From a virus (lineage: Duplodnaviria; Caudoviricetes): a stretch of DNA of 64,000 nt. Below, one piece after another: positions 1 through 10,207 of the stretch (position 1 is the first letter of the stretch; each line of letters starts with the position of its first letter). The translations under genes and the position numbers were made by a program. The stretch spans positions 1 to 64,000 of the IMG/VR virus record IMGVR_UViG_2582581306_000002. The stretch is one strand, 5' to 3'. The notes beneath the pieces are model-generated. The model saw only the letters and a program-made list of their open reading frames with translations. It had not been told where the DNA came from and ran no database searches.

Positions 1-1032
1 TTAGCGCACGACACTCTGGCGTTTGGCGTATTCGACGATGGAATTTGGCGTCAGCGGGTTCTGGTCGACGAGGATGGCGTCGAAAGCCGTCTCGGAATCG
101 CTCGCGCGCGCTTCGACATAGGCGGCCGCATAGGCCATGCTGCCATCGGGCAGCGGGATGTATTCGGGCCGCTCCCTCGGGATGGGTCCGATTTCCGGCA
201 GCATGGCAAACGCATCGAGTGCTGCCGAGGAAGCTGACGGCGTCTCGGTTTCGGCAAGGGCCGTCACCGGCACGCCCATTTCCATGTTCGATTTGGATGG
301 GATCGTCAGCGTGCCGAGATTGCCGGCCTGCCTGCGCAGCGGCTCGTTCGAAGCGACCATCACGCCAGTTGCGATCTGGCCTTCGGGGAATGCGTTCGGG
401 GTGCGGTCGCCCTTCTTGACATAGGAGGCCATCAGATAGGGCATGTCATTGCCCTCGAGTGGCGCCTTGCCGATATACTGTACGCGAACCTTGGCGCTGC
501 CCTTGCGCTTCATGTCAAGGAAATCGGCTGTCTTGGAGGAAACGTCGATGATGCGGCCATATTCATAAGGCCCGCGATCATTGACGCGCACGACGACCGA
601 AGAGCCGTTTTCGAGATTGGTGACGCGAGCGTAGCTCGGCAGCGGGAATGTCGGGTGGGCGGCGGACAGGTGATATTTGTCGTAGACCTCGCCGTTTGCC
701 GTCAGGCGGCCGTGAAACGCCGAGCCGTACCAGGACGACATACCGGTCTTGTTGTAGCCGAAGTCCTCTTTCGGCTGGTACCATTTGCCTTTGACCTGAT
801 AGGCCTTGCCGACCTGATAGCGGCCGCCGCCCTTGGGAATGTTCTTGCCATCGGCAACGCGCGGACTGGCCTTTACGCCATAGATCGACTCGGCGAAATA
901 TTCCTTGCTGCGCGGCTTGTCCTTTTTGACGCTGCCCGTCGATCCGCACGCCGTCAGCGCGGCGCAAAACATCGGAATGGCGGCAATACGCAATCCTTTG
1001 AACAGAAGAGCCGCAGTCTGATTGGATGTCAT
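1..1032 (-). CDS. rlpA: Septal ring lytic transglycosylase RlpA-family lipoprotein (host gene)
   Basis: Lipobox LTAC; DPBB motifs SWYG..FHGRLTANGE, SAAHPTFPLPS, VRVNDRGP, RIIDVS; start codon uncertain. Confidence 0.93.
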   Translation of the reverse strand: MTSNQTAALLFKGLRIAAIPMFCAALTACGSTGSVKKDKPRSKEYFAESIYGVKASPRVADGKNIPKGGGRYQVGKAYQVKGKWYQPKEDFGYNKTGMSSWYGSAFHGRLTANGEVYDKYHLSAAHPTFPLPSYARVTNLENGSSVVVRVNDRGPYEYGRIIDVSSKTADFLDMKRKGSAKVRVQYIGKAPLEGNDMPYLMASYVKKGDRTPNAFPEGQIATGVMVASNEPLRRQAGNLGTLTIPSKSNMEMGVPVTALAETETPSASSAALDAFAMLPEIGPIPRERPEYIPLPDGSMAYAAAYVEARASDSETAFDAILVDQNPLTPNSIVEYAKRQSVVR

Positions 1033-1462
1033 GTGCCCCACAATCGCAATTCGTAAAAGCCGTCGACGGGTTTCTCTTGCGCATGCCCCCACGCGAAAGA
1101 ACCGGTGTCACGAAACGTAACAGTCGATTAATCATGACAACAACGTGGCGAAATTGCGAATGGTTAACCGTGCCGGAACGGAACAATTGGAGTTATGGTT
1201 TATGAATGGTTAATATTGAGGCGAGATGTCCACGGCGGATTGATCCGTCTGCCTCTCGAAAACGCATCAATATAAGCCATGGAAGTGCTATAGCATCCAC
1301 TTAGCAAACATATTCGATAATGTTGCAGCTGATATCGACAACGGTCCCATCGGCATCGCGGATAAACACAGAAATATACTGCCGGTCTTGTGGCACGCAG
1401 ACGACACTATTGATCTCCCCAGCATCCGCATATGCGGCATCCTCTGGGACTGACTCATCCTT

Positions 1463-3394
1463 TTAGGGACTGCGGAAGCGGTTGACGTTCCCAATCCGCA
1501 AGCTATAAAGCGTGCCCTGACGGGGCTGACGACTAGATGCTCGCCGGGGAAAACCGCCTCCCCGCCGAAACGGTACTGCCGCACAGCCTGTCGTAGTGGA
1601 AGAGTGTCCGAGTGGTTTAAGGAACCGGTCTTGAAAACCGGCGTGCGGGAAACCGTACCGTGGGTTCGAATCCCACCTCTTCCGCCATCTGCGTACATAC
1701 CTACGAACCCCTGGACCAAAAGATTGTTCGGCAGCGGTTGTGTCCAAAATTGCTTTCCGCAAGTCTTCATCGCGGCCGCAAATCATTATAAATCGCTCTC
1801 CCACCACGATGCTTTCGACGATTGTTCCAATGTAGATTTTCGAGATCGCCGTATTTTCCCCAAATATGACATCCTCCATTTCCGCTCTGAAATACGCAAT
1901 GCGCTCAGGCGTAATCTCTTCGAATTCCGCGTCGTTGGAGAGGGCTTCGGATAAGAGGGTGCGCGTGGTGTCCAGTTTGGTGCATACACGAATTAGTTCT
2001 GCCTGAAAAACCGGTTGAGTGTTGATCAGCGGCGCAGTTTTTGCTGCCTCTAGCAACCCCCGCAACGCGGACTCCGCGGAGCTCACCTGGTCTCGAAGCT
2101 CTGGAACCTGGCCCGCCGCATCTTGGCGACGTAAAACCCACCTTTGTTGCAGCTTGGTCAACAATTCGGACAGCCGCTCTTCTTTAAGCACGGTATCTCG
2201 AATTGCTTCGCGAATGGTTTTGTCCAGTTCATCCTCTCGAATCCGAGGACCACTGCATTTTTGTTGGCCTCTCGATTCACTGCTGCATTTGTAGTAACGA
2301 TAGACGCGGCCACCCTTTCCAGTACCAGTACCCAAGGTCATAGATGCACCGCACTTGCACTTTGCTAAGCCGGTCAACAGCATCGGACTGCTCATCAGTC
2401 TGGACTCGCCCATCTTTGGGTTGCGAACTTCCAACGTTTGTTGAACGGCATCGAACTCTTCACGAGTAATTATTGGGGGCGCTTGGAGGGGAAGTGGGTC
2501 TTGCAGCTCTTGATAGTCCGTCTCCTGGGCGCTTACTCCCCAGTAGTAAACACCGTAGTAAACGGAGTTCGTAAGCATGCGATGGATAGCTTGGATACTC
2601 CATCGGGCACCATTTCTGGTCCTAAAGCCGCGATCATTTAACCATTTTGCGATTGCTTTGACTCCCATTGGAGCCGAGTTGCCATCGCCACAGCGCACAA
2701 ATGAGAAAATCTTCTCTACCAACTGGCTCTCGTCCGCAGCCAGGGCAAGAACCTTCCGCTGCGCGTGGTCGCTTGCTGGGATCAGCTTGTACCCGTAAGG
2801 AGGGGGACTTCCTGGCCAATACCCTTGCATGACCATTTTTCGGCGAGCACGTATTGAATCAACGGCTGAGCGTTTAGAATGGAATTCGTCGAATAACGTA
2901 GTGACCCTCTTTGCTATCCACCCGCCAACATCTTTGGTGAAAGTTTGTGAAACCGCGAGCACCTCGATATCTAGCTCATGCAGAATTTGCTCGCACCTTT
3001 GGTAATCAGATGACGAGCGCGCGAAGCGCGACGTGTTGTGGACGAGTATCTTATCAAACGGCTTCACCTCAGCCTGCGCATCCATCATCAGCCTTCGGAA
3101 CGCCGAACGAGCGGTGGATTTCGCAGAAACGCCAGGTTCAACGTATATCGCAGCCACCACCCAGTCTTTAGACGCGCAAAACTTCTCTAACTGCTCTTGC
3201 TGATCTGGGATGGAGAGATTGCTCTCAACGCTCTTCTCACCGGAAACGCGAAGATAAAACGCCGCCCTTTCCACGCGTGGCATCGGTGGACCAATGTCGG
3301 CGTCTGGCCTTGAGAGCCTCCTACGCCTCTCTGCGGTTGTTTCCCTATTTCTTTTTGGGGGGAAGATGTCTCCGTCGCTCAATTGTCTGGCCAT
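1463..3394 (-). CDS. Large serine recombinase (resolvase, recombinase, Zn-ribbon, coiled coil); ORF reads through att into the tRNA antisense strand
   Basis: YLRVS catalytic motif, PPYGY, LLTGLAKCKCG, YYKC; AGGAG SD before ATG 3394. Confidence 0.92.
   Translation of the reverse strand: MARQLSDGDIFPPKRNRETTAERRRRLSRPDADIGPPMPRVERAAFYLRVSGEKSVESNLSIPDQQEQLEKFCASKDWVVAAIYVEPGVSAKSTARSAFRRLMMDAQAEVKPFDKILVHNTSRFARSSSDYQRCEQILHELDIEVLAVSQTFTKDVGGWIAKRVTTLFDEFHSKRSAVDSIRARRKMVMQGYWPGSPPPYGYKLIPASDHAQRKVLALAADESQLVEKIFSFVRCGDGNSAPMGVKAIAKWLNDRGFRTRNGARWSIQAIHRMLTNSVYYGVYYWGVSAQETDYQELQDPLPLQAPPIITREEFDAVQQTLEVRNPKMGESRLMSSPMLLTGLAKCKCGASMTLGTGTGKGGRVYRYYKCSSESRGQQKCSGPRIREDELDKTIREAIRDTVLKEERLSELLTKLQQRWVLRRQDAAGQVPELRDQVSSAESALRGLLEAAKTAPLINTQPVFQAELIRVCTKLDTTRTLLSEALSNDAEFEEITPERIAYFRAEMEDVIFGENTAISKIYIGTIVESIVVGERFIMICGRDEDLRKAILDTTAAEQSFGPGVRRYVRRWRKRWDSNPRYGFPHAGFQDRFLKPLGHSSTTTGCAAVPFRRGGGFPRRASSRQPRQGTLYSLRIGNVNRFRSP
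1598..1687 (+). tRNA. tRNA-Ser (TGA), integration target
   Basis: GGAAGAG/CTCTTCC acceptor stem, anticodon loop CTTGAAA, long variable arm, GGTTCGAATCC T-arm, encoded CCA. Confidence 0.97.
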
Positions 3395-3504
3395 GGCGAA
3401 CACTCCTGAGAACTGGTAACCGGACCTCAATCGCTCACGAGGTCTCGGCAAGCTTTAATTGCTCGAACTTGCAGGCAATCATCGTGTGGATGCCGATCTT
3501 TGAA

Positions 3505-4233
3505 TTAAGGCTTTTCAATAATCTGTTGAACTTCGTCGAACTCTTCTCGAGTAATTGTCGGGGGAACGTGGAGGGGAAGCGGCTCTGTACTTACACACCA
3601 GTAATATATTCCGTAGTAAACGGAGTTTGTAAGCATGCGATGAATAGCTTGGCTGCTCCAGCGTGATTGATCTCTGTTTCGAAAACCATGGTCATTCAAC
3701 CAAACGGCAATCGCTTGGACACCCATTGGAGCCGAGCTGCCATCTCCGCAGCGCACAAATGAGAAAATCTTCTGAACCAACTGGCTCTCGTCCGCAGCGA
3801 GGGCAAGGACCTTGCGACGCGGGTTGTCATCCGCCGGGACCACCTTATACCCGTATGGAGGTCTGCCGCCTGGCCAATACCCTTCCATGACCATTCTGCG
3901 GCGGGCACGCATCGAGTCCACGGCTAATCGCTTAGAATGGTATTCATCGAACATCGTAATGACTTCATTTGGCAGCCAGCCTTTGTCCCTACAAAATTTC
4001 TCGAGCTGCGCTTGCTGGTCCGGGATGGACAGATCGCTTGCAGCGCTCATTTTACTTGAAACGCGAAAATAGAGTGCAGCTCTCTCTACACATCGCACAG
4101 GTTGACCGCTCTCAGTGTCTAGTTCCGACAGCCTTATCCGACGCTCCGGCGGTGCTCCCCTTTCTTTTCTTGGGGGAAAGATTGCTTCGTCTCGTTTGGA
4201 GCCAGCAGCTCCCTTGTTCACTTTCCTGGGCAT
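3505..4233 (-). pseudogene. Internally deleted, C-terminally truncated paralog of the adjacent serine recombinase
   Basis: Collinear high similarity (LSIPDQQ.QLEKFC, KVLALAADESQLV.KIFSFVRCGDG, QAIHRMLTNSVYYG) with in-frame gaps. Confidence 0.8.
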
Positions 4234-4586
4234 AAGAATCCTCCCGGTGGAACTGTTGTCATGGAGTTTTGGGTCGCTAGCATTCAGATGTCGACCATGC
4301 CTCACTGCCTCACGGCGGTGAAATCGTTACGGGGGGCGACGGCTACGACAGTGCGCCTCTTGGTCCATCGATTGGCCACTACTTCTGAATAACACCTCGA
4401 GCGCGTCGATTTCCGCGCGTAAGATACACGCCACCGCACGTCCTGAATGTACTTGGCGAAAGTCACGCATCCGAAGGGTGATCGCTTGCGCACGGGTCAC
4501 GCCTGCCGCGAACGAGACCTTGTTTTAGCAATGGTAGGTTTTGCGATGGGATGTCGGCCGAATGATTTCGTCTATTCGGAGGGCAA

Positions 4587-4770
4587 ATGGAGCGCAGGCT
4601 TGCCGCTGTGATGATTGCCGACGTGTCCGGCTATGGACTACACAGCCAAGCCGACGAGGAAGGCACGCGCGGCCGCTTTCAGGCCGATCTGCACGAGCTG
4701 TTCGAACCGAGGGTTGCCGCGCACGGTGGACGGTTGATCAAGACCATGGGCGACGGCCTCCTGGTCGATC
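4587..4770 (+). pseudogene. N-terminal fragment of class III adenylate/guanylate cyclase
   Basis: ERRLAAVMIADVSGY...GGRLIKTMGDGLLV, then similarity is lost. Confidence 0.75.
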
Positions 4771-5398
4771 CGTCGGTTTTGCAGACACCAGACTGGGGAG
4801 TTTGGCTTTCTGTCAGCCATCCGGGAGGTCAAAATGTCGAAATCACCCCAGTGTTCCTGCGAATCGTTCCGGCCAACGCTCGCGTTGGAAGACTTCCGTT
4901 ATGAAGTCAGAGCGGCGAGCTTATACGATTGATACCGGCGTGGTATGCCGATGCTGGCCCAATCTCGATCTACTACGCCAACCGTACCTTGCTACCGTCC
5001 AAGACAAGGGTGTTCATCGTTGCCGATCGCGTTGGCCGCGTCGGAAGAGGTTCTTTCCGGTAAAGCGCAGCGCCGGGCTGGTATGGACCTCTGGGGTCGA
5101 CACTACAACAAATATGACTTCGGTAGGATTTCAATTCTGTCGAAGTAGCCGTAGGAGTTCAGCATTCGGTTTGCGCCCATGTGGACGCGAATTGCTTCTT
5201 CGGTGGCCTCCAACTTCAACGATCAGAATGTGATCCGTAAGCGGTGTCTCGCTCGCACCTTGGCCACAATGCTTCAGCCGTTTCAAAGACTGCCGCGAGC
5301 ATCTTGCGGGAGATGTGCCTGAACTGCGGTTATTGCTGTACGGCAGTACGGCATGTGGTCCGACTCATAGCTCAGGATGACGCGATCCGGCGTATTCA

Positions 5399-6256
5399 TC
5401 AGTCCCTGCATCTCGGTTCGTCGCAATCTGATGTAACCCTTAGCGAGTAGTGAGGCAACGACCGACTTGGTTGATTATTCGCCAATGCCGCCGCGAACAT
5501 CGTCTTTCCGGTTCCCGGACGTCCGGAAAGCAAGACCCCGGTGTCGACAGCGCTCCACGGGAGGATGCCCGCCTTGTAGTCGGCGAGGTCCTTCGCAAGA
5601 TTGGTTCCCCATTCGAGCGCAGGTCCATAGCCATGCATGTCGGCAAGCGTCGGCCACGACGGCTTTGCGACCTCTGGGACGGGTTTCGCCGACCCGCGCG
5701 GATGACTCCGCAATCTCTCCAAGGCAAGCATGGGATGACGGCGATCCTGGAAAGCCTTTACCAGTCGTGGCCAGGGTTCCGAAAGGAGCATTTCAACGTC
5801 CCGGCCAGAAGGTGGCAAACCGGCACGACGAAGCGCAGCCTCGGCATGCCTTCTCGTTCGCGGCACTAAGTCGAGGACACCATCACAGAACAGTTTATCG
5901 TCGTCACTGAGAATGTATTCAGGCGGCGCGATGAAGATCGCTCTGTTATTTCTATGAGCCTCCATTTCATCGCGAAATGACCGATCCTTCCATTCGTAGG
6001 CGTAGGATGTGAACTCCCGGTGCATCCAGATACCTGCGGCGAAAGCCTCCACCGCTTCCGCATAGACCGGGTGGTAGAAATCATCCCGGGCCCGAAGGGT
6101 CACGATGAATTTTGAGTTCGGTTTATTCCAGACTCGGAGTGATGCCGCGACCCCGCAGTACGCCATGAAGACGGGCAACGTGACGGTCGTGTTGCGGACC
6201 TGCGACTCCGGCTTCCAAGGCACACGAATACGTTTGTTGCAACCTGTTGTCGGCAT
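5399..6256 (-). pseudogene. Truncated AAA+ ATPase (FtsH-like family) ending just after Walker A
   Basis: LADMHGYG...GVLLSGRPGTGKTMFAAALA; no Walker B follows. Confidence 0.7.
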
Positions 6257-6427
6257 CGCGCTCTCCTAGAATTTCAAGGTTCCGAACCGCAGCGATCGGA
6301 ACTGATGGCTCCGTGATTCGCCTCGGCCGCAAACTTTAAATACGTCGATTCGTACATTTTTCAGAGTCTTTTTTTCATACGGTACGTATTTATTGACTCA
6401 AATGACGGAAACCGGTCTGTCATCGGC

Positions 6428-6712
6428 ATGGCGACGTTGTTGACGGCTGATTTGATAAGGGCGGCCCGGGCTCTGCTCGGGTGGAGCCAGCTCGACCTCG
6501 CGCACCGGTCTGGCGTCTCGCAAAAGGCGCTTAGCGATTTCGAGCTGGAGAAGAAACCGGTAACCGCCAAGGCGAGCGAGAAGCTGCGGACGGCACTCGA
6601 ATCCCACAAGGTGCAGTTTATCGCCGTGAACGCCGCCGACAGCGGCGAGATCGTCGGGGGTGGCGTCCGCTGGCGTCCGGAGCCCCCCAGCTTGGACATT
6701 AAAATCCTCTAG
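6428..6712 (+). CDS. XRE-family HTH regulator
   Basis: IRAARALLGWSQLDLAHRSGVSQKALSDFE. Confidence 0.88.
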   Translation: MATLLTADLIRAARALLGWSQLDLAHRSGVSQKALSDFELEKKPVTAKASEKLRTALESHKVQFIAVNAADSGEIVGGGVRWRPEPPSLDIKIL

Positions 6713-6975
6713 CCAGCCACCGTGCGGAAACCGCGTCGTGGCGGATATGTCGCCACATTCCACGCGCAGGTGGACCTCACAGCCAAGGCAGTCGAACGTT
6801 CTGCGACGAAACCGGAACAAAGGAAGCCTGTGACCTGCGTCTGATAGCTCTCTGTCGTAGATAGAGCACTCTTGCCGGGGACGATGCCAGACCCGACAAA
6901 TGGGTTACCATCGCCTCTGGGTAAACGGTGGCTTCAGTCATGCCATCCCGGCATGCTCAAATGACCTGGCCGCCT

Positions 6976-7191
6976 TCATTTTTTATTGCCCAGTTTTAGT
7001 ACGCGATAAACTGAGGTTTTCCCAATGCCGAGCTTGCGGGCAATTTTCTTGCCGCTGATTCCTTTCTCATACATGGAAACAATCTCCTCATAACGAGCAT
7101 GAACTAGGCTTTTCTTTCCGAGGGAGCTCCGTAATATCTTGATATTCCACGATGTTCCAGGGTTCGTATTATTGTTCCGCTTCTCCCGCCA
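6976..7191 (-). other. Start-less reading frame encoding a Hin/resolvase-type HTH; predicted C-terminal part of the recombinase in the excised circle
   Basis: IVSMYEKGISGKKIARKLGIGKTSVYRVLK; begins with a TGG codon on the att CCA, as does recombinase codon 570 at the tRNA CCA. Confidence 0.65.
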
Positions 7192-7267
7192 GAACTTCAG
7201 CCTATCGCGTTGAAAATATTCGATGATATTTACTTCATAGGCGCCCTTCCCCACTTTTATCCCCACT
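7178..7267 (+). repeat. att junction (copy 1): degenerate tRNA 3' end, ~40-bp element left end, and tandem CCCCACT arm-type sites
   Basis: CCGCCAGAACTTCAGCCTATCG.GT(T)GAAAATATTCGATGATATTT recurs at about 16299-16343. Confidence 0.85.
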
Positions 7268-7478
7268 GCATTTTTTGCTGCTGCCGGCGGATTTCCAGCA
7301 GTTTTAGCGCTGCTCTCGGCTAGTCCACGTGACATCGTGCAACATGCCGACACGTGAGCCGTCTGGGAAAGCGGGGATAACCCCTGTGGATTTCCACTAC
7401 CGTCATCAAACGGTCGCTTTAGCCGTGGGCGAGTGGAGCAGTTTAGCTGCTTCGACAATCCATCGGAAAGAGGCGGCC

Positions 7479-8066
7479 ATGAACTTGCATTTTGCCCAGA
7501 ATGGAGCTCGCTCGGCCGAGCGTCTGCTATATCGCATGAAAAGGTCCGGCTATACGCTGTGCGGTCAGAAACTCTGGACCGATGAGGAAATCGAGGTGCT
7601 GCGGCGTCACTATCCAGACTATCGACGACTTCGCGAGCTGTTGCCCCATCGCACTCAGAAGGCACTTGAAAGGAAGTGCGAGAGCCTGAATATATCAAGC
7701 AAAAGAAAATCCTGGTCAGCATTGGAGATTTCGAAACTCCGTCGCCTCTACGGCCGGGCAGCATCCCGTGCAGAAATTGAGCAGACATTTCCCGATTGTT
7801 CATGGACGAGAATCACCGCAGCGGCTCGAAAAAGAGGGCTGAGACGGCCTCGCACTCCTTATATCCGGGTCAGAAGCGAGCAAATGAACGCGATCAGGGA
7901 TCGATGCTTCGAACTAGGCTATATAGTAAAGGATGTCGACGCGTTGGCTAGAACGCTCACCTACTTCGAAAACGGCGCCTCGTATCGCCCTCGACCCGAC
8001 ATGAGGAAAATTGATCGGGCCGTCAGGGCTCTCGACGGAAAGCTCGTCGTCATTTGGAATGACTAG
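7479..8066 (+). CDS. Hypothetical basic protein with repeated Myb/HTH-like segments
   Basis: WTDEEIEVLRRHY and WSALEISKLRRLY repeats; GAGG SD. Confidence 0.6.
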   Translation: MNLHFAQNGARSAERLLYRMKRSGYTLCGQKLWTDEEIEVLRRHYPDYRRLRELLPHRTQKALERKCESLNISSKRKSWSALEISKLRRLYGRAASRAEIEQTFPDCSWTRITAAARKRGLRRPRTPYIRVRSEQMNAIRDRCFELGYIVKDVDALARTLTYFENGASYRPRPDMRKIDRAVRALDGKLVVIWND

Positions 8067-8314
8067 TTAACGCCAGGGCCCGGGTAGAAGCCCGGTGTCT
8101 GCTCCTGCAGTCCGTCGACGTCGGCAATTCCATCTTCGGCCGCATCCAATTCGCGCTCGTCGTCGCCTTCACGATCGTCCATTAGCCGACTATCCCAGCC
8201 GGCAAGCTCGGGCTCTAGGTTCTCGTCGCCGTCGATCAGGTCGAGCAGTTCGATGAGTTCTTCTATCTTCGCCTCCAGCCGGCGCCGGGCGGTGACAATG
8301 GCGTGCTGGTTCAT
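8063..8314 (-). CDS. Small acidic phage/satellite hypothetical protein
   Basis: RRRLEAKIEELIELLDLIDGDENLE; GGAGG SD. Confidence 0.65.
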   Translation of the reverse strand: MNQHAIVTARRRLEAKIEELIELLDLIDGDENLEPELAGWDSRLMDDREGDDERELDAAEDGIADVDGLQEQTPGFYPGPGVN

Positions 8315-8624
8315 GACGGCTCCTCCCTTTCCGCATGCTGCCGAAGCCGGGAGAACCGCGCGCCGATAGCGAGGATCTCAGAAAGGATGTCCAGTTCATC
8401 GGGCGTCCGGTCGCGCTCGCCGGCCGCTTCCTGCTTGGTCTGGATCAACTCCAGGGCGTCGATCGTCGGCTCTAGATTTAGCTGCGCGCTGCCTAGAAGC
8501 CTGCCAAGCGCGCCGGCTGTCCGCGGGCTGATGGCCTCGGCGCCGTTCAGGATGGCCGTGGCGAGTCCATGACGGCGTTGGCATTATGGCGGGCGTCTAC
8601 GTGGGCGTCGGCAATCCGGGTCAT
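8311..8624 (-). pseudogene. Frameshifted hypothetical gene
   Basis: ATGA overlaps with both neighbours; frame break near 8567. Confidence 0.4.
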
Positions 8625-8863
8625 GCCAGTTCTCCCCGAATTTCATCGAGTTGGTCGCGCACGATCAGGAGCTTTTCCGCCTGCATATCGAGGACCGACT
8701 GAATGGCGTTTGTCTTGTCGCTGTCTTGAAGGTCGGCAGCGGCCATCCAAACGGCTTCGCCGAGATAACGCACGAGAGACAGAACATCGTCGACTTCGAG
8801 AAGACGGCGGATGAGGCTTTTCGGCATGGCTTCGCCAGCGGCCGGAACGGTGGTGTTCGGCAT
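8621..8863 (-). CDS. Hypothetical protein divergent from the XRE regulator
   Basis: MPNTTVPAAGEAMP N-terminus followed by a helical body. Confidence 0.6.
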   Translation of the reverse strand: MPNTTVPAAGEAMPKSLIRRLLEVDDVLSLVRYLGEAVWMAAADLQDSDKTNAIQSVLDMQAEKLLIVRDQLDEIRGELA

Positions 8864-8874
8864 TGGATTTGCTC

Positions 8875-8952
8875 TTAATGGTGATATTTGCACCATTAAC
8901 CATATTATTATCACCTATTTGCTGTCAAGCTAATTTGGTGATAAATTCACCA
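8875..8952. promoter_or_regulatory. Divergent promoter region with palindromic operators
   Basis: TTAATGGTG-N7-CACCATTAA (8875-8899) and TGGTGA-N5-TCACCA (8936-8952). Confidence 0.65.
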
Positions 8953-8953
8953 C

Positions 8954-9187
8954 ATGAAGCCAAATCAATGTCGCATGGGGCGCGCAGCCCTCAATTGGAG
9001 CACCCAAGAACTTGCCAAGAAGGCGAGCGTGGGCGCCAACACCGTAAACCGTTTTGAAGCTGGTCAGGATGCTCGCGTGAGCAGTGTCGACAAGATGCAG
9101 AAAGCCATGGAGGACGCGGGCGTCGTGTTTGTTGCCGATGGCGAGACCTCAACGGCCGGTGAAGGCGTGAGACTGGCCGGTCGATAA
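8954..9187 (+). CDS. XRE-family HTH regulator
   Basis: QCRMGRAALNWSTQELAKKASVGANTVNRFE. Confidence 0.88.
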   Translation: MKPNQCRMGRAALNWSTQELAKKASVGANTVNRFEAGQDARVSSVDKMQKAMEDAGVVFVADGETSTAGEGVRLAGR

Positions 9188-9615
9188 AGGCGCTCGATCA
9201 GAACTGACGCAGTTCCAAACCAAACTTGTCACCGTCACGATCGGGGCGTACATTGCCATCAGGCTGTCCCTCGCGCTGTTGACCACGGATGTACTGGCAG
9301 CGGCGCGAGGTGACCACGAGAGGTCGGGTTTGCCCGGCCTTTTTTGTTGCTGTGACTTCCGGCTAGATTTGACGAAACACCTCGTCACTTACTGCTGGCG
9401 TGGTTATGGATCACCTCGTGGATGGAGAACGAGCGGTTCCAAAGGAATACTTGGGGGTTCCTTCTGCGCCAAGTGGTCGGTTACTTGACATTGCTCCGGT
9501 GCGTATCAACATTCTGAAACAAAATAGTTGTTGTTGAGTCGGCAAACTTGGCTCAAAGCATGAGCTTTATATTCTGCGCTGAACGATGCGCCCTCGTCCA
9601 AAAGAAGGAAAGCAT

Positions 9616-10116
9616 ATGCGCGCTTTGGTTCTGATGTTTGTTCGTCTCGGCCCCGCCTTGGTCTATGCCGCCGGTATGCTATTTGCAGTGAGCATGATCC
9701 TGCTGGCGACGTTTCCGGCCAACCCGTCATCTTGGGCGCTATACCTGACATTACTGCCGGTCCTGCGCCTACCGGCGTTTGTACTGCTTGACCTTCCAGG
9801 AGTGGAGGTGTGGCACGTTATCGCTGCGCTGGCAGTCATCGCGGCGTGCGGATTATACTTTGCGTTGCGCCCCCAGCGGTTCATCAGGGCGCGGTTCATC
9901 CACGCCCATGTGGCTCTGCTAGTCCTTATATTCGCCAATACCGGGGCACACGCCCCCCACACAGTTGGCCTCGGACCAACCGTGCCGGGCGAATATCACT
10001 GGTCGCTTCCGATACCCACAACGCCGCTCGGGACCGCCCTGCTCACCCTGGCCGCCCTAGCCTGCCTTTCCACCCATGCCGAGATCATCCGGCGCATCCG
10101 CACCCGGCATAGTTAA
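9616..10116 (+). CDS. Multi-pass membrane protein
   Basis: Several hydrophobic segments; AAGGA SD. Confidence 0.6.
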   Translation: MRALVLMFVRLGPALVYAAGMLFAVSMILLATFPANPSSWALYLTLLPVLRLPAFVLLDLPGVEVWHVIAALAVIAACGLYFALRPQRFIRARFIHAHVALLVLIFANTGAHAPHTVGLGPTVPGEYHWSLPIPTTPLGTALLTLAALACLSTHAEIIRRIRTRHS

Positions 10117-10207
10117 TATTTGGTATTTACCAATTCGGACAGTTGCGGTTGATATCTACTGCAACCGTGCCAAGATGGCGCCCAATCAAATCCTGGGGGG
10201 GGCACCA

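Larger units (their letters stand above)
1688..7191. mobile_element. Element 1: serine-recombinase integrative element at the tRNA-Ser 3' end
   Basis: Bounded by tRNA end CTTCCGCCA (1679-1687) and degenerate copy CTCCCGCCA (7183-7191); recombinase abuts the tRNA. Confidence 0.75.

Noticed and set aside
1288-1954. ORFs 1288-1770 and 1604-1954
   Set aside because: Translations of tRNA-Ser and flanks
7192-7803. Upstream part of ORF 6976-7803 as a real gene
   Set aside because: Crosses an att junction and is antisense to 7479-8066; only 6976-7191 looks protein-like
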